Below are positions 5,784 to 6,683 of a stretch of DNA of 6,683 bases, one piece after another (positions within the stretch are counted from its first letter, which is position 1; each line of letters begins with the position of its first letter). The position numbers were made by a program, and so were the translations under genes. The notes beneath the pieces are model-generated. The model saw only the letters and a list, made by a program, of their open reading frames with translations. It was not told the origin of the DNA and searched no databases. The stretch spans positions 1-6,683 of the forward strand of contig RQSC01000514.1 in NCBI GenBank assembly GCA_013416795.1. Reading direction: 5' to 3'. This DNA comes from Prasinococcaceae sp. CCMP 1430 (lineage: Eukaryota; Plantae; Prasinodermophyta).

Positions 5784-6683
5784 ATGGGGGAGGAATTGAA
5801 TCTGATGGACATGCCACTGGAGATGGTGACACGTGTGGCGAGTTTTTTGGAGCTGCGTGACAAGGCAATGTTTGAATGTGTGAATCGGAAGGCGAAGGAA
5901 GCGGTGTTTGCGGGCTGTCGCTGGAAGATTTCGTCTGCTGAGCGGATGGAGGAAACTGAGTCTACTGGAGATCTGACATTTATTTGGGTTACCCGGGATT
6001 CGGGCTATCTGAGGCCGGAGGAGCTTGCGGAAAGGGGAAAGGCATTCAAGACCTTCTGTCGGCAGGCCGACGCCATTTTGGGTGACCAGCTGAGGTGGAA
6101 GGGACGAACTGTCGATCGTTTACTGCATGCAGAGACGCAGGAGTGGGACCTGGACCCCTTCATGGGTGGTGGCTGGCAGAACATGTTTTGGTGGAGAGAA
6201 ATCATATCTGACGAGATGGCCTCATGTGAGAGAAGTGACTACATATGGGGAATCAAGAGCTTCACATACTTTTCATTTCCCGACACGAACAGGGAGTTTA
6301 GATTATGGTTGACGCCCTCCTATCTGGAGGCGCTGCCTTTGTCAATAACCGGACCTTGTCGATATACGGACTTAGCCATGCCTTTGTCATATCCGGACTT
6401 AGCCATGGCGCTGTGGCTTATGGAAGAAGAAGATGGGTCCCTTTCTTCAACGGCGGAGGCGAAGGTGACTTTGGAGAGAAGGAGAGACCGATATCTGGCC
6501 GAGAATACGATCGAACCTGTGTTTGGGTATAAGGAGGGGACGGCTTTGGGCAAAATTGTAATTGCGGTGATGGAGGAGAAACTGCAAAGCGGCCGAATAA
6601 CGAAATTAAGATTTGAGGAGCAGAACTTGCGTTTTTGCGGGAGATTTCGCCACGAGAATTTCCTTATTAGAAAACTGGCGGAA
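5784..6683 (+). CDS. F-box-like protein, 3'-partial (300 codons, open to the window end; not in the ORF track)
   Basis: Manual translation finds no stop from ATG 5784 to 6683: MGEELNLMDMPLEMVTRVASFLELRDKAMFECVNRKAKEAVF... The N-terminus fits the F-box pattern L-x-x-[LM]P-x-E-x(3)-[VI]-x-x-[FY]L-x(3)-D-x(6)-V-[NS]-[RK]. Confidence 0.85.
   Translation, partial: MGEELNLMDMPLEMVTRVASFLELRDKAMFECVNRKAKEAVFAGCRWKISSAERMEETESTGDLTFIWVTRDSGYLRPEELAERGKAFKTFCRQADAILGDQLRWKGRTVDRLLHAETQEWDLDPFMGGGWQNMFWWREIISDEMASCERSDYIWGIKSFTYFSFPDTNREFRLWLTPSYLEALPLSITGPCRYTDLAMPLSYPDLAMALWLMEEEDGSLSSTAEAKVTLERRRDRYLAENTIEPVFGYKEGTALGKIVIAVMEEKLQSGRITKLRFEEQNLRFCGRFRHENFLIRKLAE
6362..6407 (+). repeat. In-frame 27-bp-period duplication inside the F-box gene
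   Basis: atat(a/c)cggacttagccatg at 6362-6380 and 6389-6407, encoding YTDLAM and YPDLAM. Confidence 0.85.

Noticed and set aside
362-6553. Minus-strand and alternate-frame ORFs overlapping the called genes (e.g. 1820-2203, 3132-3677, 3989-4333, 5237-5629, 6305-6532)
   Set aside because: They are shadows of better-supported + strand genes, often with non-ATG starts, Ser/Pro/Arg-rich composition and no motifs.

Overview
Gene-dense, apparently intronless block in which every credible gene is on the + strand, separated by short AT-rich spacers. The genes carry eukaryote-type domains (C-x4-C-x9-11-C-x2-H zinc fingers, a MYND finger, an F-box) and no core or hallmark gene, so this reads as an accessory region of a large eukaryotic dsDNA virus or an endogenised one (inference). 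Contents: (i) a divergent paralog family (279, 1958, 2884, 4028, possibly 4809) with a shared core and different zinc-finger complements; (ii) three small acidic ORFs sharing a DD[LV]P[DE]L[IV] motif, two of them a recent tandem duplicate that differs mostly by amino-acid-changing substitutions; (iii) a 3'-truncated F-box gene at 5784 that the ORF track misses; (iv) a 22-bp dyad, AGWWGC-N10-GCWWCT, in eight copies, with one upstream of each of the six larger genes and none upstream of the three small ones. All alignments were done by eye; no searches were run.
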